Part shown: positions 1 to 13,527 of the stretch, one piece after another
Layout of the letters: each line of letters opens with the position of its first letter
Numbering within the stretch: the first letter of the stretch is position 1
Assembly (NCBI GenBank): GCA_010093815.1
Contig: ML996579.1
Reading direction: 5' to 3' (one strand)
Length of the DNA: 64,000 bases
From: Pseudovirgaria hyperparasitica
Taxonomy: Eukaryota
Program-made: the position numbers and the translations under genes
Notes under the pieces: generated by a model
Seen by the model: the letters and a program-made list of their open reading frames with translations, nothing else
Database searches by the model: none
Told to the model about the DNA's origin: nothing

Positions 1-1477
1 AACTTGACGACAAACGCGCCTCTTTCGATAGTATTCACAAGCACAAAGCCAGACGGGAAGAGAAAGTGGCTCCAGGTGCCAGCAAACTGCACAATTCCAC
101 CCACCGCATCGTCCTCAGGGTAGATATCGAAGAAGCCCTCGACACTGACCTTGCTTCCAGTCGGGTCCCTGCTGATGCTCCTGACATCATGCACCCACAG
201 TCCGGCGCCGTAGTTACTCTGATACGCGAGACCATCGACGATATACAGGTTATGATCAATCGTCTTATGGTCCGTCGCAAAGAACGTCCCTGTCCACTTT
301 GGATTGCGCAAGTCTGTAAAATCGATTATATGCGTGACTGGACGGCCGCTGGCAGCAGGCCCCTTGCCATCACGCTCATCGAGCTCGTCGTTAAGCAGTA
401 CGTACTGGTGCCAATTGCGCTCCGTCCACCAGCCCTGATGGCAGTACGTTGCGCCCGGGTAGCTGAGGCGCGAGAGCACTTCGGATGCAGGACGGCCGGA
501 TTTGCTGCTGGCATCGTAAACAGTGACGGTGTCCTCGTTGTATCCGACGCAGATGTTGCGGCCACGGAAGCTACGGTCAGGGCCGTTATAAGTCACGCAC
601 TGTGCGTCGTGCACGTATCCGTCCTGGCTGGCGCAGCCCGGAGACTTTGGCACGGATGGATCGGAGAGGTCTATGTACTGTAAACCAGAGGCACAGGATT
701 GATTGCGTGGCTGGGCGCCGACGGCGATGGCGTATTCGTTGTCCCAGTCCACAACGACGTTGTGCGTGCGGCCGATGGGAATGGTGTCAGAGAACAGGCC
801 GACGAGGTCCCTTTGTGGGTCGAATGTCACGGGCGAGCTAGGGTCGATATGGAGGAGTTTCTTCATGTCGAAGATCTGAACGTTGTGACCGACGGCTTCG
901 CTGCCGATGATCACAAAGTCGTTCAATACTCGGATCTCGCGCCATCTTGAGCCGACGCTTTGAGCGGGCAGGCGACCGAGATATATGATTTTGCCCTTGT
1001 TGGTGATTTCAACAAAGGCAGCACCTGAGAACTGGCCCACGATACCGAACTCCCGTCCATCCTTTGAGGTCCATCCCCAGGAAGATGAGCCGGCGGCTTC
1101 GGGACCGCCCAGGTCGGCATGGTTCTTGAAATCGTAAAAGTCCATATTCTTGCAACGGAAGGTTTGATTGGCGTTTCCGGGCTCGACGATGGCAAGACCA
1201 TCCTTGCATTTGACGCGGTCATTCTTGAAGTCAGGCTTCAGGCTGGACCATCTGTCCCAAGAGGGCCACTGATCAAGATCATGGAGGCCTACGGACTCGT
1301 CGTGGTCCCATTGTTCCTGAGTAGGTGTTAGAGCTGTATGAAGGCGCAGGACAGAGTCAGACGTACATTCTTCATGGTCATAAGCCGTTGATGAATGGCG
1401 CCGGAGGCGTACTCCTCAACAGCATATTCGGCAGCCTTGACCGCCAGCGGCGCCAATAGAACCAATGAGAGCTTCAT
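1..1477 (-). CDS. Secreted choice-of-anchor B / 'regulatory P domain'-type protein; 3' end runs off the window start
   Basis: ATG 1477 with signal peptide MKLSLVLLAPLAVKA. Intron 1366-1317 (GTACGT..CTAAC..CAG). Exon 2 is open as far as translated, with motifs GSSSWGWTSKDGREF, SRWREIR, GRTHNVVV, DGYVHDAQC, YCHQGWW and NDELDE. The + strand ORFs in the track are antisense shadows. Confidence 0.85.
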
Positions 1478-4400
1478 TGCAAATGCCCAACAGCAATAAA
1501 CTTCTGAAATGAGCAGGATTGAGCAAGTATTCGCTTCGTAGTGGTAGGTTTATATAAGAACTGTCATCGCTTTCCTCCGGTACAGGACATTTGCCTCTCT
1601 GCCATATCTTCTCGCTGTTCGTCATGATAGCAACCTTGGTTACATCTGGGCAAAGCCACATTTCTGGGCAGGTTAAACTCTTCCAGAAGGTAAGATCGGC
1701 ACCGCTCATCCGAAAGAAGAAGGTACCACACCTACTCTACGCGCAAGGCCTCCCTTCGCGGTCGGCTATCACTTGGCTCGACTTGGCTAGCGTGTGTTTA
1801 TGTTAACCTCACTTGGCAAATCGATTTGTAGCACAGTATCTTGATAACTCCCCGCTCTTCAAGACTTACTATGACCAATTAATGAAGTATCCACAGGTTC
1901 AGCTGTATGTTCAGGGAGGATATTGCAGAAATGGGACCAAGGTGAGCACCAAGATGGCGAGTTCGGACGATCGGCAGTGCGCTTGGCACCAAGCCTTTGC
2001 CTACGACGATCTGGAGGATCACACGGCATGCTCTGTATGAGACACAATCTGTGTAAGGCGATGTGGAACTTTAGAGAAGCATTGGAACTTGTCGGATATC
2101 TGTATCCTCCTGTACGACGCTGTCATCGTTCTCGTGATGCTCATCAACTAACTCCAGGAAAAGTGCACACTGCCAAGCATCGCGGCCTTGCTGACATGCA
2201 GGCGGAATCGCAAGTGCAATCTTACTTCGGCGGGGTACTCAAGATAGCAGGTAGGGCTTCACCGACAGTCATACGTTCAGATCTTACGTAGCTTGCAGGT
2301 ATTCGCCAAATTGTACTCAGATGTCTATGCTGTGTTCGACTCAAATTGGGCATTGTACTATGCGAGATCATCTACAAATCTCACAATGGTTAGCGCCAGT
2401 CCAACGAACAGAACGGTCATGGCGACCCTAAACTCGCGCCTGTGAAGACGATTGTAATTCTGTTCGAAGATCTGCGCACCGTAAATACGAGCGTTGTCGG
2501 CACTCATGATGACCCTGCGCCAGATGTAAGCATATATGTCAGACAGAAGGATCTGTGAGTTACATAGCTATAGCAATCGCTAGCGCCTCCAAAGCTGTAC
2601 AGATTAGGCTCCAGCTCCATCATGCGATAATCAGCTAGTGGCTGAATGTTCCCAATGTTTGTGTTCACATCACACGATGAACTTTACCCACCCTGCCGGC
2701 CAAGAATAAGGTTGATCAAATAACTCAGGAGATACGTACTCATACCTAGAGTAAGATAAGATGCCCTGACTTCATCGTGAGACAAATTATAGACTGGCGA
2801 AAGTGTATGTTCCGCTCGCCCAGTCCGCCTGATCCACCTGGAATTCCCTGTCACAGTAACAACATGCTACTTGGAACACGACACCTGCTTAGCTACGCCT
2901 TCACTGACATCGATATAGGCAGCTGTCCATTTTCGACGCGACACGAAGAATCTGCTCCTGAGCGACGCGACATATAGTTGTCAGGTCTGCTATCATTGAA
3001 GTATGCCGAAATGTGGAGATACGACAGTGTTGGAGTTTAGAATGGTACGAGAGTGTCGATTTCCAGACTGAGTATACAGGTCAAGGGATAGTATCATAGT
3101 CCTGTTTTGCGTTCTACCACACTGGGCAGTCATGCATATGCCACTTGGCTGTCGAGAGTGCGCTTGGTGGAAATGTCTAAGACGCAACATTTCCATGATC
3201 GCTTGATCGTTTTAGGTCCTGGAATAACACATCTTTGTCCGATCCGCTCTGGCACTCTCTGTGCTGGACGATTGGCCCGACACTCGATGTTTGGCTACGT
3301 CGGTATGTATGGCGTGCTCTCGCAGGTAATGCCCATTCGAACGTCGAAAAAAATAAGCTGGAGAATGTTCAAGGGGCCACTCTGGAAACCTTCACCGTTC
3401 GCTTTCGCCCTTTTGATTGACATATATCGAAAGACTGGAGCCCCTGCTCCTTGCCTACCATTTGCCATCGTAAGTGGTATGCAGACACGAACAGTATGTC
3501 AGTATCACCAGGCCGAAAAGGATTCGAGCTGTCAAGGCGTTGACAAATTACAGCGATAAACCAACGAGCGTTCCGAAGCTGTCGTTCGTGTCTGTGTCGA
3601 TGCTGGATCCGAGATGTAGGTTATAATCCGCCCTATAGATTTCCTTAATATAAGGAAAGCTCAGATTAGGCTGCTGAGATAGCAGTTCCTTCAGAGCTTC
3701 CAGATAGCTGAACCTATTGGAATGAGACATGTGTGGCTTGTAATGTTGGAAGAGATTGCCCAGACCTTGCTTGTGTAGCCACGGTCCGCATTTGACGACG
3801 GAGGCATAGATACCACTTGGAGTAATGACGATGATGTCCAAGAACTTCATGAGATGACTTTGACGCAGTACTGTTAGACTAATGATATATATAGGCTCTC
3901 TGTTGCAAGTCTAGTGATTGAGCTCCGCTGAGAGCGCTCTTGACGCGAATGCCCGCACGGCCACAATAGTGGACAGGTGAAGAATTGCCAGTGCGTTCTT
4001 TTCCATACGTGTTTCTAGCATCTGTATGAGGCTCGATAAGTCGCTCGCCTGTCTATAGCAAGTGCGATGTACTTTCAGGGTTGCTTATTTGGGGGATAAC
4101 TTGGCTTTCCTCTGGCTGCACTTTATAGAGCCCGTGCGGGATATAGGTAGTTTAGACATGGGCGTGTTGCTGCACGTCGACAATCGAATTGCGATCGATT
4201 TCATAATATTTGAAGTTCTGTTGCGCAAGATTCGATTACCAAATTTACCCAGTTAATCTTAGGGCGTTGTTGGTGACAGATCTGACGTCACTTTAGGCTT
4301 TCCGAAATGAGATAAGGGACAGCCTTTGTATTGAAATACTAAGGCTATAAATGAAATATGAATTTTGAGGGTGATAGGATCGATGTGCGGCTTCGTATAC

Positions 4401-6164
4401 CTGTCGCCAGGAGTCTCATCCTTTACGTGTTCGAACTCACATACCTGGATAAGATGTCTGTGAAATCTGAATAATAACTAGATCTATCTTACTCTTATGC
4501 AGCAGATAGACAAGAAAAGTTCACGGAGTCGATTTGATTGTGTCTTCTCGACGATAGCATCGATCGCAATCCAGCGTCAGTCCATGTAGGATCTTCTAGT
4601 TCGGCATGTCGCTTAGTGTTCCACGTCGTGTCTCGACTTTACGCTTCCTGTATGGATGGATAATTTCACAGAGCACGGGAGTCTGCCTTGGAAGTTGGCA
4701 CAAATCCTCGGCCGAGAAAGCATTAGGTAAGCAGACGGGATGCCAGCTTGGTATCCAGGGCAGCACCTGATGTACATATGATGATGCCTCAAAGTCTTGG
4801 ACGTGTGAGTGGGAATAAGCAACCCAGGCAGCGCTATCCGTGATGTTTCTGTGATGGCGAGGTCAGTCTCAGATCAGCATGGACTGTAGCAAGTATTCAC
4901 ATATTCCTGCTGGAGGTGTATTGATCTCAGAAAGCAGCTAGCATAATATTAGTGGTATTTCTCCATTCGGTGCAGATCTTTGAACAGGTGGTGATACATG
5001 GGTCGCCCCGGTGCTGTAATTCTTACGGATCAGCATAACTGCATACTCGATATCATTAGTCAGCGTTCTGGAAGCATAGCACTATGCAGGCTCCTGCAGG
5101 TACAGGAAGAAGCAAGACTGAGGTTGCGATCTGCCATAACTTCCTCTTCGTGAAACCCAGTCCTCCTCATACTGGAGCCGTTGCAGAGGCAATTCTGGTA
5201 GGCTGTCAAGTCGGTGACGATGTACAGAGACTGAGGAGCGGCATGGCCTGACCGATGGGCGAGTGGAATATCGGTGGCGGTGTAAATCGGCATGCAACCT
5301 ACTGCGTGAGCTTCTACATATTAGGACTTGCATGGTACGTCAAAGTGCTGCGCGCTGGCAGTCTGCGCCTTGTGCGTGGCCCCGTAACGTGCCTAGATCA
5401 GACGTAGTGCAGGCTTCATGCTGGCAAGTCATTCCCATCCTTGTCGTAGGGATTACAGTTTATGATATTAGCAACTTTTGTGTGAAATGTGACGCATCGG
5501 ATCCCACCGCGACACGGACAAGTCGACGCATGAAGAGTTTATCTGGGGAACGACGGCAGCGGAAGAAAAGGGCCCACGAGGCGGAGGAAAGGGCCTTGCC
5601 AGCGCCGGTTAGGACTTCCGAATATGCCATGGCGAGGTGGGCGAATCCGAAAATGATACGATGCAAAATGGCGCATTTGCAATTTCTCTGCGTGGGTGAG
5701 GCGTTCGTTGTAACTTGCTGGCATATTATTATTCATTGCTGTGCGAAGCCTAAACCCAAAACCCAGCTCGGGGCACTGAAGCCTGAAGAAGCCTTAGAAA
5801 GCCTGAGGCATCAACACTCTTTAAATTGCCATTGATCCCTCCCACACCACTTTTCTTGACCGCAATTCGTACACATTCACTTCTTACTGTTAGCCATACA
5901 AACAAAACATATCAGTACTTACTCTCACAGCCGGTTCGCAGTAGTAGTCGTTTGCCACTACGAATACCGGGACCAAGGTGCGTTCAGTGTCCAATGCTGG
6001 CACTAGAAGCTCGCTTAACGCAAATTCTGATGACGTTAGTTAAAACAACAAACTTCATCTCCTCGACTCTTCGCTCAACTCGGATCTTCGCTAACCCGCC
6101 AATTCCACTATCCAATGCTGTGCTAAGCCGTCTATACATCACTTCGTCTACTCAGATTTATTTT

Positions 6165-6302
6165 ATGAAATCGCAGAAGCTCGCGCGATTCCTCGTACAG
6201 CGTTCTAAGTGAGTCTGCTGTCCCACCGCCTCTCTGCCTGATCGCGCGACAGTCGACAACTTCCGAATGACACACAGCTAACTCAAGTACAGGCCCAGAT
6301 AA
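6165..6302 (+). promoter_or_regulatory. Candidate spliced upstream ORF in the SPE2 leader (MKSQKLARFLVQRSKPR*)
   Basis: ATG 6165; intron 6209-6292 (GTGAGT, branch GCTAAC 6277, CAG); TAA 6300-6302 after splicing. Confidence 0.45.
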
Positions 6303-6697
6303 CACGCACATTTTCACGTACTCAATCCCCATATACCTTCCCTAGCAGATCCCATCGTCTGCTGATCCCGGTACTTCGCCAAGGGTATCGGCTCAGTGCG
6401 ACGACAGTCACAGTCGCCAACATTTTAGGGCGTCGAGCCTTCTTCTTGCTCCTTTCCGTCCGACCTCCCTAACGTCCGCCAAGGTCGTTTCTAGTATAAG
6501 ATACATTGCTGCTGGCTTAAGCCAGCCTCCACTCTACACCCACCATCCGTGGGCCTTCTCTTCTCAGACGAGCACCGCACCGCTTGTCTGGGTGGCAGAT
6601 TGTGCTGCACCTCGCCTAAAGCCACTGCAAACTGTCAGCCTGTCAAGACTTAATTCAATACAATTCCGTCGGCACCGTTTGAGGCCTCCTGACGGCG

Positions 6698-8278
6698 ATG
6701 ATCAATACTGAGATCCCAAAACACTACACCGCCTCGCCGTCCTCTCATCAAGGGACGCCACATCTGACCATCAATCGCGATGCGACCTTGGACCTCGACT
6801 CCAGCACTGCCTTTGAAGGTCCGGAGAAACTCCTGGAGGTATGGTTCAGTGCTTCCCCTGAAACTCTCCCGAACACGGTGCCTGCCAACGGGCTCAAGGC
6901 AGTATCACCGGAGACATGGAAAGAAATGCTGGATTTGGTCAACTGCAAGGTGCTATCCATTGTTGAATCTGAACATGTGGATGCCTATCTTTTGTCTGAA
7001 TCCTCGATGTTTGTCTTCCCCCACAAGCTTGTCTTGAAGACCTGTGGAACCACCACTTTACTATGTGGTCTGCCCCGTATGCTTGAGATTGCTTCTCTCT
7101 CTGCGGGCTTCCCAGGCCTTGATTCCGACCTTCCGCAAGGCGTACCGGCTGCAGCAACCCCGTACCGTGTGTTTTACAGCCGCAAAAACTTCTTGTTTCC
7201 CACGAAGCAGCACGGTCCCCACCGTAGCTGGCGTGACGAAGTCCAATTCTTGGACCGAATGTTCCTGGGAGGAAGTGCGTACATGATCGGAAAAATGAAT
7301 GGTGAACATTGGTACCTCTACATTACTGGACCTGACACACGTTTGACGCCACCGGGCACACCTGATTCGGACAAGAGCTTGCTTCTCGGAACGGAGACCA
7401 AGTACTTGAGCCCCCCTCAGCGTATGATACCTTCATTGAGCTCCGACGAAGCGCAGGACGAGACTCTGGAAATTCTCATGACCGACCTTGATGAGGAGAA
7501 TGCTCGGCAATTCTATCTCGAGGACGCGAGTGCGGTCGCGGAGGGCAAGTTTTTCCAGAAGACTCGCGATGCGCGAAAGGCTGCGATTTCCAGCCTCGGG
7601 ACTATTGAGGAGGAACATGGGATTAATTCACCAGCATCATGTACTAATGGACTGGGGACCTCAGATGACTTTGACGTGTTCGAGCAGACCTCGTCCGACC
7701 ACTCGGGATTCTCCTCGGACGAAGACGACTTAACGTTTCCAGAGGAGCTTACAACTGAAGGACACACGCTTGGGACTGTCGTGTCTGAAGCCTGCGGGTT
7801 GTCTGATGTTTACCCGACAAACAAGTACCCCGATGCCAAGGTCGATGCGTACCTCTTTACACCATGTGGCTTTTCTGCGAATGGAGTCGTGCCGTCTCCT
7901 GAAGGACCTAAGAGCGGCCACTACTTTACTGTTCACGTCACTCCAGAACCCCAGTGTTCGTACGCGTCGTTCGAGACCAACGTTCCAGCACGCCAGACGG
8001 GTCGCGAAACTGCCGATATTGTCGAGCAGGTTGTCAAGATCTTCCAGCCAGGCCGTTTCAGTGTCACTCTATTCGAAGCGAAGGACGATGACAGCCCGGA
8101 AGGCACGCTCGGCTTCGGTCCCGCAGCCAAAAGCTCGCGACGCATGGAAACAATCCCTGGTTACAAGCGCATTGATCGTATTGTCCATGACCTTGACGGA
8201 TATGATCTTGTCTTCAGGTACTATGAACGCTGGGATTGGAAGGGAGGTGCACCACGTATTGGCGAGGTCGGGGCCTGA
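6698..8278 (+). CDS. SPE2: S-adenosylmethionine decarboxylase proenzyme
   Basis: 526 aa ORF with FEGPEKLLEVWF, self-cleavage motif YLLSE/SSMFV, LKTCGTT, FTPCGFSANG and TVHVTPEPQCSYASFETN. Confidence 0.97.
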   Translation: MINTEIPKHYTASPSSHQGTPHLTINRDATLDLDSSTAFEGPEKLLEVWFSASPETLPNTVPANGLKAVSPETWKEMLDLVNCKVLSIVESEHVDAYLLSESSMFVFPHKLVLKTCGTTTLLCGLPRMLEIASLSAGFPGLDSDLPQGVPAAATPYRVFYSRKNFLFPTKQHGPHRSWRDEVQFLDRMFLGGSAYMIGKMNGEHWYLYITGPDTRLTPPGTPDSDKSLLLGTETKYLSPPQRMIPSLSSDEAQDETLEILMTDLDEENARQFYLEDASAVAEGKFFQKTRDARKAAISSLGTIEEEHGINSPASCTNGLGTSDDFDVFEQTSSDHSGFSSDEDDLTFPEELTTEGHTLGTVVSEACGLSDVYPTNKYPDAKVDAYLFTPCGFSANGVVPSPEGPKSGHYFTVHVTPEPQCSYASFETNVPARQTGRETADIVEQVVKIFQPGRFSVTLFEAKDDDSPEGTLGFGPAAKSSRRMETIPGYKRIDRIVHDLDGYDLVFRYYERWDWKGGAPRIGEVGA

Positions 8279-9324
8279 GCCCTGCATTCTGTATGCCTGG
8301 TAAAGCAAGTAGTCGCGAAGGACAGCTGAGACCACTCTTTGGACCTACTGTTGTATAGCAAGTCAATCTTGCTTGCGACTCTGTACGTACCACAGCAACC
8401 TGCGAGCCCTGTAGTTGTGCCACATGTACGTCTTCCCAATCAAGATTACCTGTCATTTCCTTACATCATTCACTCATAGCTATTGAATTCAAGGTCGCTC
8501 GTTCTTAACTTTACTTTGCCTGCGTGCACGCTCTCGCGACATCTCATCTTTCATCCTCGAACCGTGCTCTTTTGGATGCAGCCCTCGCTGCACATTCATT
8601 GTTATTGCATGTTGATCTGAGGACATTGGGGTGATAGCTGCCGTGCATGCGCGAGTCATTGTGCTTGTATGCGTGTGTGAGTGAGATAACGATGAGACTA
8701 GGAAGGATACTGAGGGATCAGTGTGGTTTTTGTTACGGCTCGTTGGGCTTCCACTCGACTTACTCAAGCACGTATGATACTGTTGTCAGATCATCTTGCA
8801 ACATTTTTACGCCATGTGTGGCAGTGTTAATCAGAGGACTAATTAACCTGTTTGCCAGCTTGCGGCAATATGCCATTACTGCGGTCTTGTTGGACCGTAA
8901 CAGCTTTCGAGAAACTTGATCGTAGCGTCAATCGCGAGTTGACCCAAGACCAATCCGTGACAGCACTACCGTGGAATTTTCACGTTCCTAATCAATGACC
9001 CGACTGAAAACATACTATCTTGCGACATTCCGCCACGCACTTATCCGCCAAATTGTTCCAACGATTCTGATGCCTCATGAGCTGCCATGGAAAGAGAGAA
9101 ACCTTAGCCAGTAAAGGGCAATTAATCTTGATGTACGTTTCCGCCTGCAACCGCCGTGTGGACGGGGTTCCATGGATTTGAAGGGCCAAGAATTTATGTT
9201 AGCGCGGTACTTTTAATGTGCTCTACATGTGAGGGTATATAAAGAGGTGCTTGCCCCAGGGTTCTCTTGGTTGTGATAACAGTCATATATATCGACCATA
9301 CATACTACCAAATACGACACCATT

Positions 9325-9348
9325 CAACAACAACAACAACAACAACAA
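9325..9348 (+). repeat. (CAA)8 microsatellite just upstream of ATG 9351
   Basis: caacaacaacaacaacaacaacaa read directly. Confidence 0.9.
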
Positions 9349-9350
9349 GG

Positions 9351-10602
9351 ATGAAGAACAGCAGAGAGATCCTCATGCAACGCGTCAGACGCGAATGTGA
9401 CGACCTCAGTGCACCGTAGGTACTCATTCAATCATCACTACTCACCCCAAATTCATCGTTCCTCACAATCCCTCCTCACCACCCCTATTTTATCTGTCAC
9501 CCCTGGCCTGCCACCCTAACATTCCTCCCTCAGCACCGGCAACATCTTCGTCCGGTCCTTCAAATCACAATCCGCCAGCACCGCCGACCCCCTAACAGCC
9601 CCTTCCTCTCCCTCCTCGGCTAATCCCCCTCCCCAACTCCCATGTCTCCTCCAAATCCCCCGCGAGATCCGCGACACCATCTATGCCCTCGTCCTTGCCG
9701 AGCCTGGGTCAAACGACCTATGGCGACAAGCACGAACTCCCTCCGCCGCCGATGACCGAACAAGCACCTTGATCTGGCTCTCACGCGGCCCCCCTTCCGC
9801 CGTCAAAGTAGCCAAAAAACCCACCGACGACCGCAATGTGCAGTCGCGCTCATCCCGCGGCTTCCTCGCCCGCAACATCCCAACGGCGCTCTTCGGCACA
9901 TGCAAGCAGACCCGCGCTGAAGCAACGGCCACCCTCCTCCGCATGCGGCGCATCGTCGAGATATGCGCCCCCACATCCCCCAATTACCCCTTTGCTTCCA
10001 CTTTCACTCCTCCCAGCCGCCCATCACTCCAACAGTCGCCACCGCGGCAGAGTGACCACGGCGGCTTCAGTCATGTGGGTGCACTGTCGAGCGTGATATT
10101 CGGCTGGACGGCCGGATGTGCGGTTGTGCAGTGCCTGCGCAATGTGCGCATTGTGGTGCGGGTGGGTGGTGGTGATTGTGATGATGTGGATGGGTTGCGT
10201 GGGACAGGTGGATTCCTGGGGTTGGTACAGGCGGCCGGGCATTATGCGGAGGACTACGCGCCCGGAGTGCACGTGGAGGTTGTGCTGCAGATTGGGGTCG
10301 GGGTGGAGGATGATTTCGATTTTGATATTGGGTTTGCGGATGGTGAGGAGGGGGATGGCGTTAGGCATGGAGCTGAGGAGCATAAGGGGAATGATGCGCA
10401 GGAGAAGTGCATTGCACTGCTAGAGGGCCTGGTAGAGGCTGCGCGGAAGGGGCTGTGGACGCGGGAATTGAAGCCCGTGTTGTGTGTTTATGGATCTGGT
10501 GCGCGGATAATGGAGTGGGCGGCGCGGTATCCGGGGTGGGAAATCGAGGCGGTGGTGGAGAGGATTAGGTGGCATGTTGAAAAGGTAGCGAAAGAGGGAT
10601 GA
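9351..10602 (+). CDS. Hypothetical protein with F-box-like motif
   Basis: TATATAAA ~9236; ATG 9351; intron 9416-9533 (GTAGGT..CTAAC..CAG) joins in frame to track ORF 9769-10602; contains LLQIPREIRDTIYALVL. Confidence 0.7.
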
Positions 10603-13527
10603 TTATCAGGGGCGTGGTGCTGGGGAAGGTATGTATATATTCAGATTCGATTTTGTTGAAAAGCCTTACCACTTCAACACGTGTGTATATGGATGTCCTT
10701 GCCTCACAGGACTTTCTTCATGTCTTACTTTAATTCGTGTCTATCAAATGGTGATCTATTCTGGTTGACGTTGGACACAGGGTATATTCTACTCTTGTTT
10801 CATATTGTTGTTTATAGTCCGAAGTTAGTTTGATCTCACTCGCCTTGTCTCGAGATCTCAACTACATTCTTCTCTCTAGTGAAGAAGCTTTACGCGAAGG
10901 AAGGTGATGTTGGGCCTGATATTTCCTGTAGACGGAGAGCTGGGCAGTGAGCCATGCGATACACTTGGAACCCACTCAACACACTCGGCAATAACGTGGT
11001 AGAGGCAATGCCCGCTATATTATGATTCAATGTCTCTCTCGAATGCCAAAATTTGTAATCGCTTGAGGTTGTACAACAAGACCGGTATAACTCCTAGCAT
11101 CACGCCAATTAGCAGGTCCGGCAGCCAATCACAGAAGACGTTCCCTTTGGCTAATTATTGCATTATTAGCGCAGCCCAAAACAGAGTCACTTCAGCACCC
11201 CCAAACGCCGCAAAGTAGCGACACAAGTCCTCTCCACTCACTCTCACGATCTTCCAACCAAACCAGTCTAGGCAGCTTAAGCCAGAATGATCAAATTTTC
11301 AATCGACACCGCCCCCAAGGCTGATTCAGTCAAGGAACATCAAGCCGGGCGACAACTGCCAAGCCGCCAGCGCCATTCCTCGCGCCAGCCTCGCATCGCT
11401 TACTTGACGCATCGCCAGGTATAGCTGCAGCTTATTACACCAACCGTATATAACGTTATGCCGATCGGAAGCGCCTACTAGCCGCGCTTATTGGAGCCCC
11501 CAAAGCCATCCTGCGGGCGGGAGGACGCAGACGCCGCCTCATGGCATCCTCGGGTTCCATGTGAACGGGTATTACAACGGTCGTGGTGTGGCGTTCGGGA
11601 TGTGTGCTTGTGTAGAGAGAAATGCGGGGGGCTGAAGTCTGGACAATGTTCTTGGGATCAGGCTAAGAGATTCCGCCTGTTCGGCGGTGGTTATGTGGTG
11701 GGCTCTTTGACGAGCGTATAGCATAGCCCCTGGCTTGATTAGCATGTTTGGAGAACGCGTGGACTGTTGGTGGCAAGACATTCAATGTGTTTTGGTGTAG
11801 GACTTGTCTTGTAAAAGGCGTCAGAAAAATCTTGTCGTGGAAGAATGGATCATGCTAGGCAGAAGGAGGATCTGTTGGTTAAAGATAGGTAGTCCGAATG
11901 GAAACGTTGTAGATCATGGCATGGAAGCTGTAATTTACAGGTGGGAACATCACAATCTTTGATGTATAAGGGCGTTGGACGAATTAGGCTTTTGAGCAGG
12001 CCAATTCAGCTTAAGGTGCGTTAAAGTACGTCCATATCAGAGGCATCATAATATGTGCCATGGTACTGGCCCCCAGCCAAGAGGCGTCTTGCACTTGGAC
12101 AACAGACTGTTGATTAGAAATGCAGACTCAAGTCTTGATCTGGTCCATCATATCCTGATCATACTAAGACATATTTAGAACAGAAGCTAATACTGCTATA
12201 GACGACAAGACGAGTCAAATCATGCGCCACCAGTGGCTTGTTACAATGCCATCACGCAAAGCTTGCGGATAAGTATATGCAGAAACTGGGGCTCAGGTTT
12301 TATCCTACATTCCTCGGATGGTAGAACTTGTGTTGATGGACTCTCAGTATAAGCGCCGTCTCTGATACGACTACAAGCTCTGATTAAACCTATGTTGCTA
12401 TTCATGTATATGAGATCATCCACTGGTTGGCAGAGTTTCAGCCGCGACTAAATTGAACAGGGACCGTCCCTGCCTTGGAGACCTGTAGCAAGCCAGTCTT
12501 GGCGTCGCTTGCAAGGGTGGTGTAGCCAGAAGAGACGCATTGGGGGCTTTGACTGCGAAGAATTTATACTGCTTCTTTGAGCTCAGATGTTATAGCCACA
12601 GCATCGGACGTCAATCAAAGTTATTACATAGACAACAGCATCTCATTGTAGGATCAACGTGGCTGTAGACAATATACTATACGGCGGAGACATAGCGATT
12701 ATAGTGAACAAGTACAGCGTCACTAGGCTAACGGCGAGTTCACAATTCTTGTATGATGGATCATCCGCATGATTCGATTGAATAGCGCCCGCGTCCAAGG
12801 ACATACCAAAAGACATAGGAAGTACAGTGCATAAGTTGCAGCTGTGTTGTCGCATTCGGAACGAAAGCCAATTACATGCCAGATGTAAAGCTAGTGCAGC
12901 AGGGGCAATGTGCTGTTAAACGCGGCCGGGTTACGATTGATGATTGCTGTGTATATGTCCAGGTGCATCGAGCTGACATATACACACTCGGCATGGTCGA
13001 GGACTGTTTCCGGAGGACAAGAAGATTGGCTTGGCAATTCGGCTTCATCTTTGCTAATTTGCTACTAGGTAGGCTAGATGCATATATATGATTGGATAGG
13101 AGCAGCATACTCCGTTAGCCCAAAGGAGCTAGCTTTCCGTGCTTAGGTTTACTCTATCTTGACTAAAGATGCTAGTGAGGTGCGCTCGGTTAATCCTTCG
13201 AAGACGCCTTGCGGATTGGTTCGATGCTATCCTCTTCTGATCAGTTGTAGTACTTGAGCTGATCTACGGGCTGAACTGTACCTTATGCATCCTAAAGGCT
13301 TGATTTTATGGCTTCGTGCGGCGTGGTCCTTGGTATGGTACGCAATTTGGACAGTGCAATGGACTCTGGGCACACTATCATCACAGACTCCCAGAAGGGC
13401 CAGGCCCTCGCATTCTGTTCAATCTCATACTTATAGGCTCAGTTTCTCATTCGAGTCAAAGTTAGAAGCCCGCATACTACCAATACCGGATTAAATTTGA
13501 AGCATTCCAAATCAACTACAAATTGCA

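Noticed and set aside
66..1331. + strand ORFs of 205, 83 and 70 aa
   Set aside because: Antisense shadows of the real minus-strand gene.
3548..3850. 100 aa ORF starting MKFLDIIV with an upstream TATA-like run
   Set aside because: Weak signal peptide, no recognisable motif and no convincing spliced extension.
5060..5835. Overlapping ORFs upstream of SPE2
   Set aside because: No recognisable domains; position fits the SPE2 promoter.
12700..13250. Minus-strand peptide faintly like SAC3/PCI domains (FNSTLPLLH*LY..YALYFLC)
   Set aside because: Short, stop-interrupted and too weak to support without a search.
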